Shown: piece after piece, positions 8,118 through 16,783 of the stretch
Layout of the letters: every line of letters starts with the position of its first letter
Numbering within the stretch: position 1 is the stretch's first letter
Origin: Gammaproteobacteria bacterium
GTDB lineage: Bacteria; Pseudomonadota; Gammaproteobacteria; DSM-19610
Direction: 5' to 3'
NCBI GenBank assembly: GCA_035462005.1
Contig: DATHUT010000306.1
Coordinates: forward strand, 1-27,810
Length of the DNA stretch: 27,810 nucleotides
Translations under genes and position numbers: made by a program
The notes under the pieces: generated by a model
What the model saw: only the letters and a program-made list of their open reading frames with translations
The model's database searches: none
What the model was told of the DNA's origin: nothing

Positions 8118-8963
8118 ATGGAATCCAAGCGCAGCTATCTCCTGATCGATAACGGTTCGACCCGCGCCGAGGCCACCCTCAACCTGAGACGCCTGGCCCT
8201 GGTCCTGGGCGAGCGCTGTGGGGTCGATGTGGCAGCGGTATCCCTGCAGCATGCCGACCGCATCCCGGCCTCTGCCCTGGGCGGCCGCGCGGCTGATACC
8301 CTGCCGTCTTTCCTGCGCAGCAAAAGCGCGGAGGGTATCGAGGAGTTCGTGCTGGTTCCGCTGTTTTTCGGCAGCAGTCGCGCTTTGACCCGCTTCATCC
8401 CCGACACCGTTGCAGAGGTGGTTCAGGAAACGGGCGCTTTCCGTCTTGAGTTGGGGCGCTCCCTGTATCCCCTGCCGGGCGGTGAGCCACGCCTGGCGGA
8501 TCTGCTCTGTGACCAGGTGAGCCGGACGGCCGCGGACCACGGCGTGCAACTGGAGCAGGTGGTACTGGTGGATCACGGTTCGCCCATCCCGGAAGTGACG
8601 GCGGTGCGCCAGGGACTGGCCCAGCAGATGCGGGAGCGACTGGGTTCCGGTATCAGCCTCCAGGAAGCAGTGATGGAGCGACGTGCCGGCAGTGAATATG
8701 ATTTCAACGGCGCCTTGTTGGAAGAACGGCTGCAGGCCATGGCGCGGGAGCATCCACACCAGACGGTGATCCTGGCCATGCTGTTCTTCTCTCCGGGACG
8801 GCACGCGGGCGCAGGGGGCGACATCGAGGAAATCTGCCAGCGGGTGATGCAGGCGGCCCCCGGTTTCCGGGTCATTCCCACCGCCCTGGTGGGAGAACAC
8901 GAGGGTCTGGTGGACATCCTGGCGGATCGCTTGCGGGAGGCGGAGGGGCGTCTTGGCGGTTAA
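8118..8963 (+). CDS. Sirohydrochlorin chelatase-like protein (CbiX/SirB family, two-domain)
   Basis: Duplicated chelatase fold: LLIDNGS...VLVPLFFG in the first half, LVDHGSP...MLFFSPGRHAG...LVGEH..LVDILADR in the second. The ATG at 8118 is preferred over 8100. Confidence 0.65.
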   Translation: MESKRSYLLIDNGSTRAEATLNLRRLALVLGERCGVDVAAVSLQHADRIPASALGGRAADTLPSFLRSKSAEGIEEFVLVPLFFGSSRALTRFIPDTVAEVVQETGAFRLELGRSLYPLPGGEPRLADLLCDQVSRTAADHGVQLEQVVLVDHGSPIPEVTAVRQGLAQQMRERLGSGISLQEAVMERRAGSEYDFNGALLEERLQAMAREHPHQTVILAMLFFSPGRHAGAGGDIEEICQRVMQAAPGFRVIPTALVGEHEGLVDILADRLREAEGRLGG

Positions 8964-10894
8964 CCTGGTTTTTGAAACTTTTCTTCCGCCTCCAGCAACG
9001 GCAGCGGCATGTGCAGTGCCGCGCAGATGGCGCGCAGCAGTTCCTGCTCGGCCGTGACGGCCTGGCCATCGTGGTGAACGGTGGTCGCCAGGGCGCGTAG
9101 CAATAGTTCCTTGTCGGGCAGGCGCAACTCATCGAGTCTTGCCAACGCCGTGTCCAGCCGTTCGGGCCAGTCGTCGGCGCGGGTTTCGCTTTCAACCGCT
9201 TCCAGGTTCAGCACCTCCAGGCCCGCCACCAGGGCGGCCCGGGCGGCCGCTGGATCCTGCACGTGGCCATGGTATGCCAGGATGGCGAGCAGATTCCGGG
9301 CTTCATCCAGCAGATCTCCCAGGCCGCGACGGCCACTGGCACGTGCCTGGCTGGGATCGCGGGCATCCTCCAGTTGGCGGGCCAGCAGGCGCGCCAGGCT
9401 GTATTCGAACACGTCCACCCGCCTGTCGGCATGGATGAGGTCTTCCACCAGCACCAGCAGCTTCTGCAGTTCCTCCTCCGGCCGTCGACGCAAGGCGGGG
9501 AAGCTGATCTCCAACAGCGGTATGCGCAACTCCGCCGCCAGCCGCGGTTCAATGTCGAACAGGGTGCGCACCTGCCCCTCGCTCTCCGCGCCCAGGGTCT
9601 GGGCTACACGCAGTAATTGGGTCTCGCGGATAGCGGGATCGGGATCCATGAGCAGGTAGCAGATGAGTTCCGGCGCCCATTCCCCGGAGTGGGCGGCACG
9701 CTCCAGGGGCTTGGGGATGGCCGCTACCAGCAGCGTGGCAGCCAGGATCTGGCCCACGCCGGGTTGGCCCATCTGTTCGATGAGATGGTCGGGATCGAGG
9801 GGCAGTCCCCCGGGTCCGCGCGGGCGTTCTTCAGGAGTGACGATCTCTTCCTCGGAAGCCTGGCGTGCCTGGGCATGGCGCTGCATTTGCACGGCGATCG
9901 CGGTGAACTCGGAAGGATCGAAGCCGGGCTCGATGGCCTGGATGCGCTTGACCAGGGGCGGATGGGTGGAGAACAACGCGCTGGCCAGCCCCTTCGCGAA
10001 CAGCATATGCCCGACTTCCTCGCTATCGGTGACCAGCACCGAGCCGTTGCTGGCGGCACCGATCTTTTTCAGGGCACCGGCAATGCCCTCGGGCTGGCGG
10101 GTGAACTGTACTGCCGAGGCGTCGGCCAGGTATTCGCGCTGGCGAGATACCGAGGCCTGGATCCAGCGCCCGAAGAACAGCCCGATGTAACCCACCAGCA
10201 TCAGCGCCATACCCAGCACGACGATCCCGCCACCGTTGCGGCTGCTGCGCGAGTGGCGCATGGCGAACAGGACCCGCCGGCCGATCACCGTCAACACCAG
10301 AATGCCGAACAGGATGCCAATGAGGCGGATGTTCAGACGCATGTCGCCGTTGAGGATATGCCCGAATTCATGGGCGATCACTCCCTGCAATTCGTCGCGA
10401 TCGAGGCTTTCCAGGGCGCCACGAGTCACGGCCACGGCGGCATCGGCGGGGGTGTAGCCGGCGGCAAAGGCGTTGATGCCGGCCTCCTCATCCAGCACAT
10501 AGACTTCCGGTACGGGTACACCAGCGGCAATGGCGATCTCCTCCACCACGTTGCGCAGTCGCCGGTTCAGAGGATCGGTTGTATCAGGGGCAACCAGCGT
10601 GCCGCCCAGTTCGCGCGCGACCGTTCCGCCGCCGCTGCGCAGGCGCAGGGTGCGGTACAGGCTGGCGAAACCGATCAGGCCGCAGGTAAGCAGGGTGGTC
10701 CAGGCCAGCATGCCTGCATGCTGGCTGAGAAGGTCGCGCCAGCCCGGGGTTTCCTCCAGCCCCCCCGCCTGGTTGAACAGGGCCAGGACGATGAGGTTCA
10801 CCGCCGCGATGATGGCGAGCACGGCCAATGTGAAGAGGACGAGCAGGCCGCGGGTGCGGCGTTGCGCCCGGTCCTGGTGCTCGAAGAAATTCAC
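8960..10894 (-). CDS. M48 family (HtpX-like) membrane zinc metallopeptidase with long C-terminal extension
   Basis: N-terminal TM helices, INAFAAG, HExxH (AHEFGHILNGD), SRQREYLADASAVQFTR. The C-terminal ~250 aa has TerB-like repeats (HADRRVDVFEY; HHDGQAVTAEQELLRAI). Confidence 0.88.
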   Translation of the reverse strand: MNFFEHQDRAQRRTRGLLVLFTLAVLAIIAAVNLIVLALFNQAGGLEETPGWRDLLSQHAGMLAWTTLLTCGLIGFASLYRTLRLRSGGGTVARELGGTLVAPDTTDPLNRRLRNVVEEIAIAAGVPVPEVYVLDEEAGINAFAAGYTPADAAVAVTRGALESLDRDELQGVIAHEFGHILNGDMRLNIRLIGILFGILVLTVIGRRVLFAMRHSRSSRNGGGIVVLGMALMLVGYIGLFFGRWIQASVSRQREYLADASAVQFTRQPEGIAGALKKIGAASNGSVLVTDSEEVGHMLFAKGLASALFSTHPPLVKRIQAIEPGFDPSEFTAIAVQMQRHAQARQASEEEIVTPEERPRGPGGLPLDPDHLIEQMGQPGVGQILAATLLVAAIPKPLERAAHSGEWAPELICYLLMDPDPAIRETQLLRVAQTLGAESEGQVRTLFDIEPRLAAELRIPLLEISFPALRRRPEEELQKLLVLVEDLIHADRRVDVFEYSLARLLARQLEDARDPSQARASGRRGLGDLLDEARNLLAILAYHGHVQDPAAARAALVAGLEVLNLEAVESETRADDWPERLDTALARLDELRLPDKELLLRALATTVHHDGQAVTAEQELLRAICAALHMPLPLLEAEEKFQKPG

Positions 10895-10903
10895 GGGCGC
10901 GCC

Positions 10904-11488
10904 CTACTGGAAATCCACCTGCACGGGTGCGCGTTTTTCCGGTGCCTCGATGTCCAGTAACTGGGCCGGCTGGAAACCGAAATTGTTGGCGATGAGGTTG
11001 TTGGGAAACATTTCGCGCTGGTTGTTATAGTCCATGACGGCATCGTTGAAGCCCTGGCGCGCGAAGGCAACCCGGTTCTCGGTGCTCACCAGTTCCTCGG
11101 AGAGCTGCATCATGTTCTGGTTGGCCTTGAGGTCCGGATAGTTTTCCGACAGGGCGAACAGGCGGCCGAGGGCGCCGGCCAGGCCCTGTTCAGAACTGGA
11201 CAGGCGACGCATGGCCTCGGCGTTGCCGGGATCGGCAGCGGCTTCCTTCAGGTTGCCCATGGCCTGGTTGCGTGCCTGGATCACGGCTTCCAGCGTGTCG
11301 CGTTCATGACTCATGTAGCGTTCCGCCACCTTCACCAGGTTCGGAATCAGGTCGTAACGGCGTGTGAGCTGCACGTCGATCTGGGCAAAGGCGTTCTTGT
11401 AACGGTTACGGGCGGTGACCAGCCGGTTGTATATGACGACGGCGAAAACAACCACCAGCACGAGGATGCCAAGCAGGATCCATTCCAT
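10904..11488 (-). CDS. lemA: LemA family protein
   Basis: N-terminal TM anchor, then YNRLV..RN, IDVQLTRRYDLIPNLV, ENYPDLKANQN and ENRVAFARQGFNDAV. ATG at 11488 with a GGGGGA RBS; the ORF-track start at 11926 is a spurious extension. Confidence 0.93.
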   Translation of the reverse strand: MEWILLGILVLVVVFAVVIYNRLVTARNRYKNAFAQIDVQLTRRYDLIPNLVKVAERYMSHERDTLEAVIQARNQAMGNLKEAAADPGNAEAMRRLSSSEQGLAGALGRLFALSENYPDLKANQNMMQLSEELVSTENRVAFARQGFNDAVMDYNNQREMFPNNLIANNFGFQPAQLLDIEAPEKRAPVQVDFQ

Positions 11489-11599
11489 TTCAATTCCCCC
11501 AGAAAAGTGACTGTGGATCAGTCTACTCGACCTGGACGGCGAGGGCGAGCGGGTGCCCAAGGTTTCCCGAACCGGTGGCGGACAGGTATGCTGTCCGCC

Positions 11600-12493
11600 A
11601 TGAAGCACACGTCTGAAATCCTGCTGTGTTGCGACCTGGACCGCACAGTGCTGCCCAATGGTCACGAACCGGAAGACGTCCTGGCACGGCCCCTGTTTGC
11701 CCGTGTGGTCGCCCGTCCCGAAATCACCCTTGTCTACGTCAGTGGCCGCGATCGACAGTTGCTGCAACAGGCCATTCGTGAGTACGCCATTCCGGTGCCG
11801 GACTTTGCCATCGGTGACGTGGGTACCACCCTGTATTATATCGAGGCAGGTGAGTGGCGCGAGGAAGCCGCCTGGTCCGCTCACATCGCCCAGGACTGGC
11901 AGGGCGCACCGGCGCAAACCCTGCAAGGCTATCTGCGGGACCTGCCGGAGTTGCGGCTACAGGAGCCTGAAAAGCAGAACCGCCACAAGCTCAGCTACTA
12001 CGCCGCCGCCGACCTGGATGCGAAACGGCTCCGGCAGGTCGTGGGGCAACGTCTCGCGCGAGAGGGCATTACGGCCAATCTCATCTGGAGCATCGACGAA
12101 GTGGACCGGGTGGGTCTGCTGGATATCCTGCCGGCGCGCGCTTCCAAGCTCCATGCCATCGAGTTCTTCATGGAGTTGCAGGGGTTCGCAGCGGATAATA
12201 CGGTGTTTGCCGGCGACAGCGGCAACGACCTGCCAGTGCTCGCAAGCGGTATCCCATCCGTACTGGTCCGCAATGCCCAGGCGGAAGTGCGGGAAGAAGC
12301 ACTGGCACTGGCCCGGGAGCAGGGTACACTGTCCGCCCTCTACCTGGCGCAGGGTGATTTTCTCGACCTGAACGGTCACTATACCGCCGGCATCCTCGAG
12401 GGTCTGGCCCATTTCCAGCCGCGTACGCGGACTTGGGTCGAAACGGAACTGCACCGACTGCAGGGGACAGGCCATTCACCTGTCGTTACCTGA
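11600..12493 (+). CDS. HAD-IIB hydrolase, sucrose-phosphatase (SPP)-like
   Basis: Motif I CDLDRT, motif II YVSGR, PDFAIGDVGT, LLDILPARASK and motif IV FAGDSGND. Start at ATG 11600 (or 11588). Confidence 0.85.
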   Translation: MKHTSEILLCCDLDRTVLPNGHEPEDVLARPLFARVVARPEITLVYVSGRDRQLLQQAIREYAIPVPDFAIGDVGTTLYYIEAGEWREEAAWSAHIAQDWQGAPAQTLQGYLRDLPELRLQEPEKQNRHKLSYYAAADLDAKRLRQVVGQRLAREGITANLIWSIDEVDRVGLLDILPARASKLHAIEFFMELQGFAADNTVFAGDSGNDLPVLASGIPSVLVRNAQAEVREEALALAREQGTLSALYLAQGDFLDLNGHYTAGILEGLAHFQPRTRTWVETELHRLQGTGHSPVVT

Positions 12494-12501
12494 CCGATCA
12501 A

Positions 12502-12993
12502 ATGAGGTTCCTCCCCATGTTACGTCCGCTGATGTCCTTGTCGTGGCTGCTGCTCGCTCTGTCACTCACGGCCTGCGCATGGCTACCGCAAAAACCCCAA
12601 GCCCCCCGTGTCAGTCTGGTGAACGTGCAGCTCAGCTCCATGGAGTTACTGGAGCAACGTTATGGCCTGACGTTGCGGATACAGAATCCCAATGATTTTG
12701 CCCTGAACATCCAGGGCCTGGATTTCGAGGTGGAACTGAACCGCATGCCTTTCGCTTCCGGGGTTGCAGGTCAGCGTGTAGCGGTACCGGCCTTCAGTGA
12801 AGCACTGATGCAGGTGGAGGTATCATCGAGTGTCTGGTCACTGGCACGCCAGTTGCGCGAAATGGGCGAAGGCCGCCAGGAGGAATTCAACTATCGCATC
12901 CACGGGCGCATGTCCCTGGGAAATCGCCTGACCGCTATTCCCTTCGAGTCAGTCGGTACGATTCCTCTGGTCCTGACGGCACCGGCACGCTGA
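12502..12993 (+). CDS. LEA type 2 (WHy domain) lipoprotein
   Basis: Signal peptide with lipobox LTAC, then PRVSLVNVQL, LRIQNPNDFAL and FEVELNRMPFASG. The start may be 12517. Confidence 0.8.
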   Translation: MRFLPMLRPLMSLSWLLLALSLTACAWLPQKPQAPRVSLVNVQLSSMELLEQRYGLTLRIQNPNDFALNIQGLDFEVELNRMPFASGVAGQRVAVPAFSEALMQVEVSSSVWSLARQLREMGEGRQEEFNYRIHGRMSLGNRLTAIPFESVGTIPLVLTAPAR

Positions 12994-13008
12994 CTCACCG
13001 GTCTACTG

Positions 13009-13668
13009 TTACCCGTTCGTGTCCGCAAGGCTTGCCAGGCCCTCGGAGGCGATTTCCCGCACGTCCGCATCGGTGTCGCTCTCGAGGCGTTGCAGCTCCG
13101 GCAAAACCGTTGCATCCCCACTGAGGGCCAGGTAGTGGGCGGCGTCGCCACGGATACGGGCATCTTCGTGGTGCGTGAGGCGTATCAGGTCCGGCAGCAG
13201 CGTGGCCATGAAATCGGTTGAGACAAGCTCCTCCATCAGGGCGCTGGCTCCAATGCGCACCGACAACTCCGTGGCCGGGTCTCCCAGCAGTTCCACCAGG
13301 CCCTGGCGGTGGTGGGGGTTGCGACGCAGGAAGCTGGCAGCCTCGCCTAGTTGGCTGTGGGTGATCAATTCCGCCAGGTAATCCGCCTGGCCGCGCGGTG
13401 AGGCCGTCCGTTCCACCCATTGCGTCAGTTCCTGTTCCGAATACAGACCCGTGAGTTCGAAGGGACCGATGCGTATCCAGGGTACCGAACGGACACCATG
13501 GCGAGCGGCTTCCTCGGCTGCCTGTTCGATATTGAAGACCTGCAGCTGGCGAATCCGCCCGCTTTTGACCAGTTCGGCCATGGCGCGCAACACTGTCGGG
13601 CAATGGGGACACTGGCTGGCCACGAAAAGCAAGGCATCCGGGGCCGGGGTTTGCGGATCAGTGTTCAT
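13009..13668 (-). CDS. Thioredoxin/glutaredoxin-fold protein (CPHC) with C-terminal HEAT repeats
   Basis: CxxC (QCPHCP) and GVRSVPWIRIG in the N-terminal half. HEAT-like repeats follow (DPATELSVRIGA, HEDARIRGDAAHYLA, DTDADVREIASEGL). Confidence 0.75.
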   Translation of the reverse strand: MNTDPQTPAPDALLFVASQCPHCPTVLRAMAELVKSGRIRQLQVFNIEQAAEEAARHGVRSVPWIRIGPFELTGLYSEQELTQWVERTASPRGQADYLAELITHSQLGEAASFLRRNPHHRQGLVELLGDPATELSVRIGASALMEELVSTDFMATLLPDLIRLTHHEDARIRGDAAHYLALSGDATVLPELQRLESDTDADVREIASEGLASLADTNG

Positions 13669-13890
13669 GATGGAGCGTTCCTCATCAAGGACCTACGCTG
13701 CGGAGGTCGATCTGGAAACTGCTTGAAAACCAAGTGTGATGTGGCATGCTTGCCGTTCGATGCCGACATTTTCCCGCAGCTCCGTTTATACCAGCGCCCG
13801 GCAGTCCTGGCCAGCGGGATCGAGTACGGAAAGGCATTGGCGGCATGCACGGTCACGGTATGCCGGTGTTTACGAGGGCATGAGAATACT

Positions 13891-15705
13891 GTGCTGAAGT
13901 TGCGTACTTACAAACAGGATCTCGAACGCAAGCCGGCCATCGAGTTGCAGGCGGCCCGCCTGCGCAAGTGGGTCGAAAAACTGCCCCGGCTGAATTTCGA
14001 CGAATCCGTCGCGGCGCTGGGCCGTGTCCTGGACGATATCAACCGCACATCCCTCAGTCCTGCCCAGCGTTTTTCCGCCCTGGAAGTGGTTTCACCGGAA
14101 GTGGATCAGCTGATCGCCGGGCTGCCCAAACACTATGCCGCGCTTGCGTTCCCCATGTCCTATGGAAAGCGTGAACTGTACCGGCACACACAGGGCCTGC
14201 TGGAGGCCATGTCCATCGGGTACAACGCCGTGATCACGGAGCTCGTGCGTGGGGACGCGGAAGTGGATGCGTCCCATACACGTATGCGGGATGCCCTGCT
14301 GCAAGCCATCCAGTACACCGGACAACGCATCCTGCATGCCTATTCCGTATATGAGAATGCACCGGAAGGTTGCTGGGGGGAATTGCACCGCTTGTACCAG
14401 TACGCGGAGCAGAAGGGTATGGCGAGTGTCCGGGTGGAGCACTTGGCGGATTTTTCCATCCGCGATGCCTACCTGCGCGTCGTGACGCTGGGTTTGGCGA
14501 ATCCGTATCACCTCATGCAAGGGGAGGCGATCGAGGTATATGCCCATTTGCGCAAGTGGTGCCTGGCCGTACGCCTCGTATGCCCCGAGGAAGTACGGGT
14601 TGAGCCGGGTCAGTCCGTGCTCGGTAATACCTTTGTCGTGGATCTTGCCAGCGAGGATCCCCCCCGCTTCTGCCTGTCGGATGAGGAAGAGGAACATGAG
14701 CACATACGGGTGCTGCGCCTGGAGGAATTGGTCAGGATCGTAACTGCTGAGATCACCAGGATATCCAAGCGTGAACGGCTCGATATCACCGAACGCCTTT
14801 ACCGGGATTTTTTGCGCAGGTTGCGCAATGCCTGGGGCAGCCGGCAGCAACGCAAGCAATCACGGGATCCCTGTGACGGGGTAGCCGATATTGCTGCCGG
14901 TCTGGCCTCCAGCCATTACTTCATCGGCGGTGAAACCGACTTTACGCCCGAGGATGTTGAGATCGCCCTGCATGGCAATGCCTTTCAACGCGAGCAGGAG
15001 CTCAGCCTGGTGCCGCTGGAACATGAGGAATGGAAACATGGGGAAACCCAGGAAAAACTGGCCAAGGGTATTCTAAAACCCAGATCCTTTGGTTTCGATG
15101 TGGATGCCAAGGAAGATGATGTCTGGAAAAAGGCCAATACGACCGCTATACAGCTGAAAACCGGCCTCGAGTTGTCCGTCGAAGAACGGTTGCTGAAGAC
15201 ACTGTTCAGCCTGACGTATCGCAATTGCAGTCCGGGTGGTACCGGTCTGGAGTATAGCGGGGAAAAAGGCTTGCGCCTGCGGGTAGGGGAAATCGTTGCC
15301 TTGCGTCATCAGGAAAAGGATGGGCCCTGGAAATGGTCTCTGTCTGCTGTGCGTTGGCTCTACTGCGGAGAGGGGGAATCGGGAATTCAGGTGGGGCTGC
15401 ATCATGTGGGCGGGGGCGCCAGCGCGGTGGCTGTGCGTGGGATCGGCGGAGAGGGTGCAGGTAGTCACTATTTGCGTGCGCTGCTACTGGTGCAAGAAGA
15501 GCAACAAAGCCTGGTGGTGCCTACCGGGCGCTTTGATAGTGGAAGTCGCCTGTTATTGAACGACGGCACCGCCTTGTGGTACGCGGATCTTGGTCGATTG
15601 CTGCAGACCACCAAGACCTTCAGTCAGTTCCTGATCAGTATGCGTGCACCGGATGGAGACGAACGGAAACACATAGTCGAGTCACTCTACAAGGTCCTGC
15701 AATAG
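13891..15705 (+). CDS. FimW-like cyclic-di-GMP receptor (helical N-terminus plus C-terminal PilZ-type domain)
   Basis: KWVEKLPRLNFDESV...INRTSLSPAQRFSALEVV, LTLANPYHL-like and C-terminal RKQSR (RxxxR) and NCSPGG ((D/N)xSxxG) motifs resemble the P. aeruginosa FimW family as I recall it. The GTG start at 13891 is inferred; the 13420 start overlaps the opposite-strand gene. Confidence 0.6.
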   Translation: MLKLRTYKQDLERKPAIELQAARLRKWVEKLPRLNFDESVAALGRVLDDINRTSLSPAQRFSALEVVSPEVDQLIAGLPKHYAALAFPMSYGKRELYRHTQGLLEAMSIGYNAVITELVRGDAEVDASHTRMRDALLQAIQYTGQRILHAYSVYENAPEGCWGELHRLYQYAEQKGMASVRVEHLADFSIRDAYLRVVTLGLANPYHLMQGEAIEVYAHLRKWCLAVRLVCPEEVRVEPGQSVLGNTFVVDLASEDPPRFCLSDEEEEHEHIRVLRLEELVRIVTAEITRISKRERLDITERLYRDFLRRLRNAWGSRQQRKQSRDPCDGVADIAAGLASSHYFIGGETDFTPEDVEIALHGNAFQREQELSLVPLEHEEWKHGETQEKLAKGILKPRSFGFDVDAKEDDVWKKANTTAIQLKTGLELSVEERLLKTLFSLTYRNCSPGGTGLEYSGEKGLRLRVGEIVALRHQEKDGPWKWSLSAVRWLYCGEGESGIQVGLHHVGGGASAVAVRGIGGEGAGSHYLRALLLVQEEQQSLVVPTGRFDSGSRLLLNDGTALWYADLGRLLQTTKTFSQFLISMRAPDGDERKHIVESLYKVLQ

Positions 15706-15706
15706 T

Positions 15707-16654
15707 TCACCCGGTACCCTCCCCGAACCAGAAGTCCAGTTCCCTGGTCAGAAAATCCTTCACCGGCATGTAATGGGAACCATCGCAGGAAAAGGTGAGC
15801 CCCAGCATGCCGTTCATGATGTTGAGCGAAGCGGAGCGCAGGTAGATGGTGTCGTCGGCAAGGCGCAGGGCCTTGAGCTGCTGGAAAGTCGCGTGGATCT
15901 GTTCCGGCGTGACCTGGGCACGCTCGGGGTAGGGTCGCAGTGGATAGGCCAGGCAGAAATCGGGATTGATGATTTCATCGACGGAAATGACCTGATAGCT
16001 ATAGGGGTCGTCGAATAACCAGATGGAGCAGCGGCCGCTGGAGAAATGAATCTTGCAGTGGAACACGCCATGCTCACGGATCAGGGTTTCGAACATCTCC
16101 AGCACGGCGTCGATATGCTCTTCCAGCAGGCTGGGTGCCCGCTTTTGCATGAATACCGTGCTGCGCACCGCCGGATCGCCGCGAAACTGTTGCCACTGGA
16201 TTTCCGGCGGCCGCAATTGCGTGTCCTGCAGCAGGGCATTGACGGGGAAATCCGCCGCGATGAACCCCAGTAACTGCTCATCCTGGCGCACGGCCTGCAG
16301 GGCCGTGATGCACTGTTGCTGGTCATAGATACTGCGGTACACCGAGGACAACATGATGCCCTTGAACGGCAGGTTGTTGGTGAGATAGGGGCGACGGGAA
16401 AGGTCGGTACCGCGCCAGGCGCAGTCGATTTGTTCCTGGCGCACCATGGAAGAACGCTCGATGCCGTTCACGTCCCAGGCATAAAGCAGCACGCAGTGAG
16501 GAATGCCGGCAATGGCGTCGGCCAGCACCTGGTCCAGCCGATCCGGGTCCGCCCAAGCTCCGGCGCACTTTTGAGCCAGCTTCCCCAGTGGGTCTGATAC
16601 GGTTTCGGCCAAGGCGGCCTTCTTGGCCAGGATCTGTTCTTGCAAGCTGCTCAT
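15707..16654 (-). CDS. Conserved hypothetical protein with N-terminal Cache/PDC-like domain
   Basis: LLYAWDVNG...DLSRRPYL...LSSVYRS...CITALQAVRQDEQLLGFIAADF is Cache-like. No TM segment and no recognisable output domain. Confidence 0.6.
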   Translation of the reverse strand: MSSLQEQILAKKAALAETVSDPLGKLAQKCAGAWADPDRLDQVLADAIAGIPHCVLLYAWDVNGIERSSMVRQEQIDCAWRGTDLSRRPYLTNNLPFKGIMLSSVYRSIYDQQQCITALQAVRQDEQLLGFIAADFPVNALLQDTQLRPPEIQWQQFRGDPAVRSTVFMQKRAPSLLEEHIDAVLEMFETLIREHGVFHCKIHFSSGRCSIWLFDDPYSYQVISVDEIINPDFCLAYPLRPYPERAQVTPEQIHATFQQLKALRLADDTIYLRSASLNIMNGMLGLTFSCDGSHYMPVKDFLTRELDFWFGEGTG

Positions 16655-16783
16655 GGGTCAGGCGTAACTCTTCAGGCTGTGACAGGGTTGCAGTGTAGTG
16701 CATAGTGTATGGTGCAGGTAAGATATCGTCCCATGAAGCCTCTCCGGTCAAATTTTCGCGCTGCAGCTGCCTGATTCATTGCC

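Noticed and set aside
7225-8152. ORFs across the tRNA/repeat region (7225-7812 -, 7361-7591 -, 7471-7716 +, 7617-8078 -, 7623-7907 +, 7835-8152 +)
   Set aside because: They overlap two tRNA genes and the repeats. Peptides such as MAEREGFEPS and ARPERFELPT are typical translations of antisense tRNA sequence.
11489-11926. N-terminal extensions in the ORF track (lemA from 11926, HAD from 11306, FimW-like from 13420, lysC from 5543, thpR from 398)
   Set aside because: They overlap neighbouring genes and lack family similarity; better starts with RBS or family-typical N-termini lie downstream.
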